Positions 60,414 through 64,000 of a stretch of DNA of 64,000 nucleotides are shown here, one piece after another. The notes beneath the pieces are model-generated. The model ran no database searches. It worked only from the letters and a program-made list of their open reading frames with translations, and was not told where the DNA came from. This DNA is from the human T2T-CHM13v2.0 reference genome, Homo sapiens, in the NCBI RefSeq assembly GCF_009914755.1, contig NC_060942.1; one strand, given 5' to 3'. Every line of letters begins with the position of its first letter. The stretch's first letter is position 1. A program made the position numbers and the translations under genes.

Positions 60414-61260
60414 TTCCCATCTGCTTTGTAAGACATTACCCTCTTGGTTTCCCCCCGTCTTACTGGCTGCTCCTTCTCAGTCTCCTTTGCTAACTGTTCC
60501 TCATCTCCCTGACATCTACACACTGGACTGTTGCCGAAAAGACTTCTCCATTTACATTCATTCCTTTGGTGATATCACCCAGTCTTATATCTTTAAATAC
60601 CACCTGCAAATTGATGATTACCAGGTTTGTATCTTTACGGACTTCTGGACTTCTCACTCCAACTCACTTTTAACTGTCTACGCAATACCTTCACTTGGAC
60701 GTCTAAAAGGATTTCAAATTTAACATTTCCAAGAAACCTAATCTTCCTCCCCAAAGCAGCTCCTCCTGCAATCTTCCCCATCTCGATAAATGTTAACGCC
60801 ATTCTTCTAGTTTTTCAGGCCCAAACTCTGAAGTCACCCTTATTACCTATTTCACACCCTTAAACTCCTCAGTAACCCCCCGGCCCTATTCTCAAAATAC
60901 ATTCAGTATCTGACAACTTCTCTCCACCTCCCACTGCTACCCTGGTCTAGGTCACATCACCTTTCACTAATTCAACAATACTGAATTATTCTAATAGCCT
61001 AACTGGTCTCCCAGTTCCTGCCATTGCACCTTTTACAGGCATGTCTCACAGCAGTAGTTTAACATCACTCCTCTGCCATAATCCACCCAAAGACTTCCAA
61101 TTGCACTTAAAGTCAAAGCCAAAGTTCCTACTATGGCCTTCAAGATCCAATAACCTATTATGCAGCCTTCAACTCCTACTACTGTGTCCCAACTTGCCTC
61201 ACTTCTGCTACACTGGCCTTCCTGCTCTCCTTCAAACAGACCAAGCATACTCCCAGCTTA
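60414..61260 (+). mobile_element. L2 remnant
   Basis: Pyrimidine-rich L2 3' motifs (tttaaataccacctg, cacacctccactgctaccctggtc-like, cactggccttcctgct). Confidence 0.65.
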
Positions 61261-61269
61261 TTGTATGTA

Positions 61270-61510
61270 TGGCAGAACAGTTAAGAGCATAGAGGTCAGA
61301 GACAGAGTGTCTGGGTGCAAAGTCTGAGTCCGTCACTTACTAGCTGGGTGAACTTCAACAAGTTACTCAACCTTTCTGTGTCCCAGTTTCCTTATCTGTA
61401 AAATATAAAAGTAAACCTCATAGAGTTGTGAAGATTAAATGAGTAAATATATACATATATAAAAAACACACCTAACATAGTGGCTGGTATTTGAAGCACG
61501 AATGTTTGCA
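61270..61510 (+). mobile_element. MIR
   Basis: gttaagagca...cacttactagctgggtga...caagttactcaacc...cagtttccttatctgtaaaat...gattaaatgag. Confidence 0.8.
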
Positions 61511-61796
61511 ACTGTGATCATTTTGATAATGGTGGCTCTCTTCCACAGCATGTAAATGTGGGCAAATTTAAAAAAAGTTATTGAAATATAGTACAAAGAA
61601 AAATAAATGTACAAGTGAATGAATTACATAAACTCAACACCAATGTACTCACCACCCAGACCAAGACACCCTGTCAGCACCCAAGAAGCCCATCTCATGC
61701 TATTAACCCTGCTCAGTTCCTCTTAACCATTACCTTGACTTCTAACATTACAGTTTAAGTTTTGCCTGCTTGTAAGGCTTCTTATAAATGGAATCA

Positions 61797-62649
<853 letters not shown>

Positions 62650-63808
62650 TAAAATGTATCTGTTTTGGTGGGTGTGTAGGAGTCTCTCACTGTGATTTTA
62701 ATTTTATGTTCATAATTACTAATGAAGTGGCACCTTTACATATGTTTACCGGACATTATCTTTTGTGAAAGGTCTGTTCAAGACACTTATCCATTGTTCT
62801 ATAGGGTTGTCTGTCCTTTTCTTATTGACTTGTAAGGCATTCTTTAATTTTCTGTGTATTGGAGGAGTAGGATTTAGTGCATTTACTCCTGTATCCCCAG
62901 AACCTAGAAGACAGTCTGAAACATAAAAAGCATTAATATTTTTTACATGAATGAATGCTTGCCTGGCTGTTTTCAGATCCTAATCATACCCGTTTCTACA
63001 ATTCTGCCTCATAATCTGACAATATATGGTGATTCCTAACCTCCAATCCAACCCAAGGAGGTTCTAAAATGTTGACTGCCTAACAATCTTTATAAAGTAG
63101 AACTCTGTCTGTAACACTCCCTTGGATACACCTGTCAAGGGCTTCCTACAACCTACAAAATAAAACCTCAACCCTTAACCAGGCATTCCAGGTTAACTTC
63201 CCCAACTTACTTTTCTAATACGCTTTCCCTATCATCTACTAATCTTCCAAAACATGTATTTGTGGTTATGAAAAACAAAAAGGCCAATTAGACATTAACC
63301 ACAAAAATCAGGGGGCAATTATTAATTTTTTTCATTCTTTTGCTCGAGAAATTATTTCTGAAGCAGAGGCAGCAGGATGTGCAAAAGCTCATAAACAAGA
63401 GGGAACAAAGTGGGGTTTTAAGTTGTAAGTAGTCTGGTGCTGGTGAAGTACAACATAGAAGAACAAGAAGGGGAGGAGGCTAAAACAGCAACAAGGAACA
63501 GAGCCTATGACTCAAGGATCTTCTATTTCCTTCTATTTAGCACTAATTGTTTTATATATGTATAAAAAGACATTCATTTAATTTTGTTGGAAAAATAAAC
63601 CACTGAATTGTAACTTGATTCTGATTAATTCTATTCAACAACCTGCCAGACATTTATATTCTTCCCTCCTCCAAAAAGCCAAGCCTAACAAAAATTCTAG
63701 AAATACTTGTAGGTTTTCCAACTATTTCCTAACTTATCAACTCCATAAGTCATATGAAAAATTTTCAACTTTATGTTAGGTGGTCATCTATCAGAATTAC
63801 TTATATCA

Positions 63809-64000
63809 GGCCGGGTGCATTGGCTCACGCCTGTAATCCCAACACTTTGGGAGGCTGAGGCAGGCGGATCACTTGAGGTCAGAAGTTCAAGACCGGCCTG
63901 GCCAACATGCTGAAACCCTGTTTCTACTAAAAATACAAAAATCAGCCAGGCATGGTGGTGTGCGCCTGTAATCCCAGCTACTTGGGAGGCTGAGGCAGGA
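63809..64000 (+). mobile_element. Alu (cut by window edge)
   Basis: Alu consensus. Confidence 0.9.

Noticed and set aside
61236-61248. Second ATG CTT G|gtctgt that would also encode MLD
   Set aside because: Poor donor and poorer start context than the 61478 candidate

Overview
Human (primate) genomic DNA containing all 11 coding exons and the 3' UTR of YES1 (Src-family tyrosine kinase Yes) on the minus strand. The exons splice with GT-AG junctions into an intact 1632-nt, 543-aa CDS running from ATG at 43154 to TAA at 10761. The first non-coding exon and CpG-island promoter are not in the window. The rest is intronic or intergenic and very repeat-rich: about 70 Alu copies or fragments counted by eye, plus L1, L2, MIR, Tigger/MER DNA transposons and LTR remnants. 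Almost all listed ORFs are Alu or L1 artefacts. I found no clear novel multi-gene system. The most unusual structures are: (1) a 53-bp near-perfect fold-back hairpin in intron 1, apparently built by local template switching and fully pairable (G-U) only on the YES1 strand; (2) exon phases that make back-spliced circles starting at exon 2 stop-less endless ORFs; (3) a MIR-derived Kozak-ATG plus splice donor that could give a non-myristoylatable MLDLI-extended Yes; (4) a cryptic exon and donor pair in intron 11; (5) an AluY tail positioned as the GU-rich downstream element of the distal poly(A) signal. Repeat boundaries and subfamilies are by-eye estimates.
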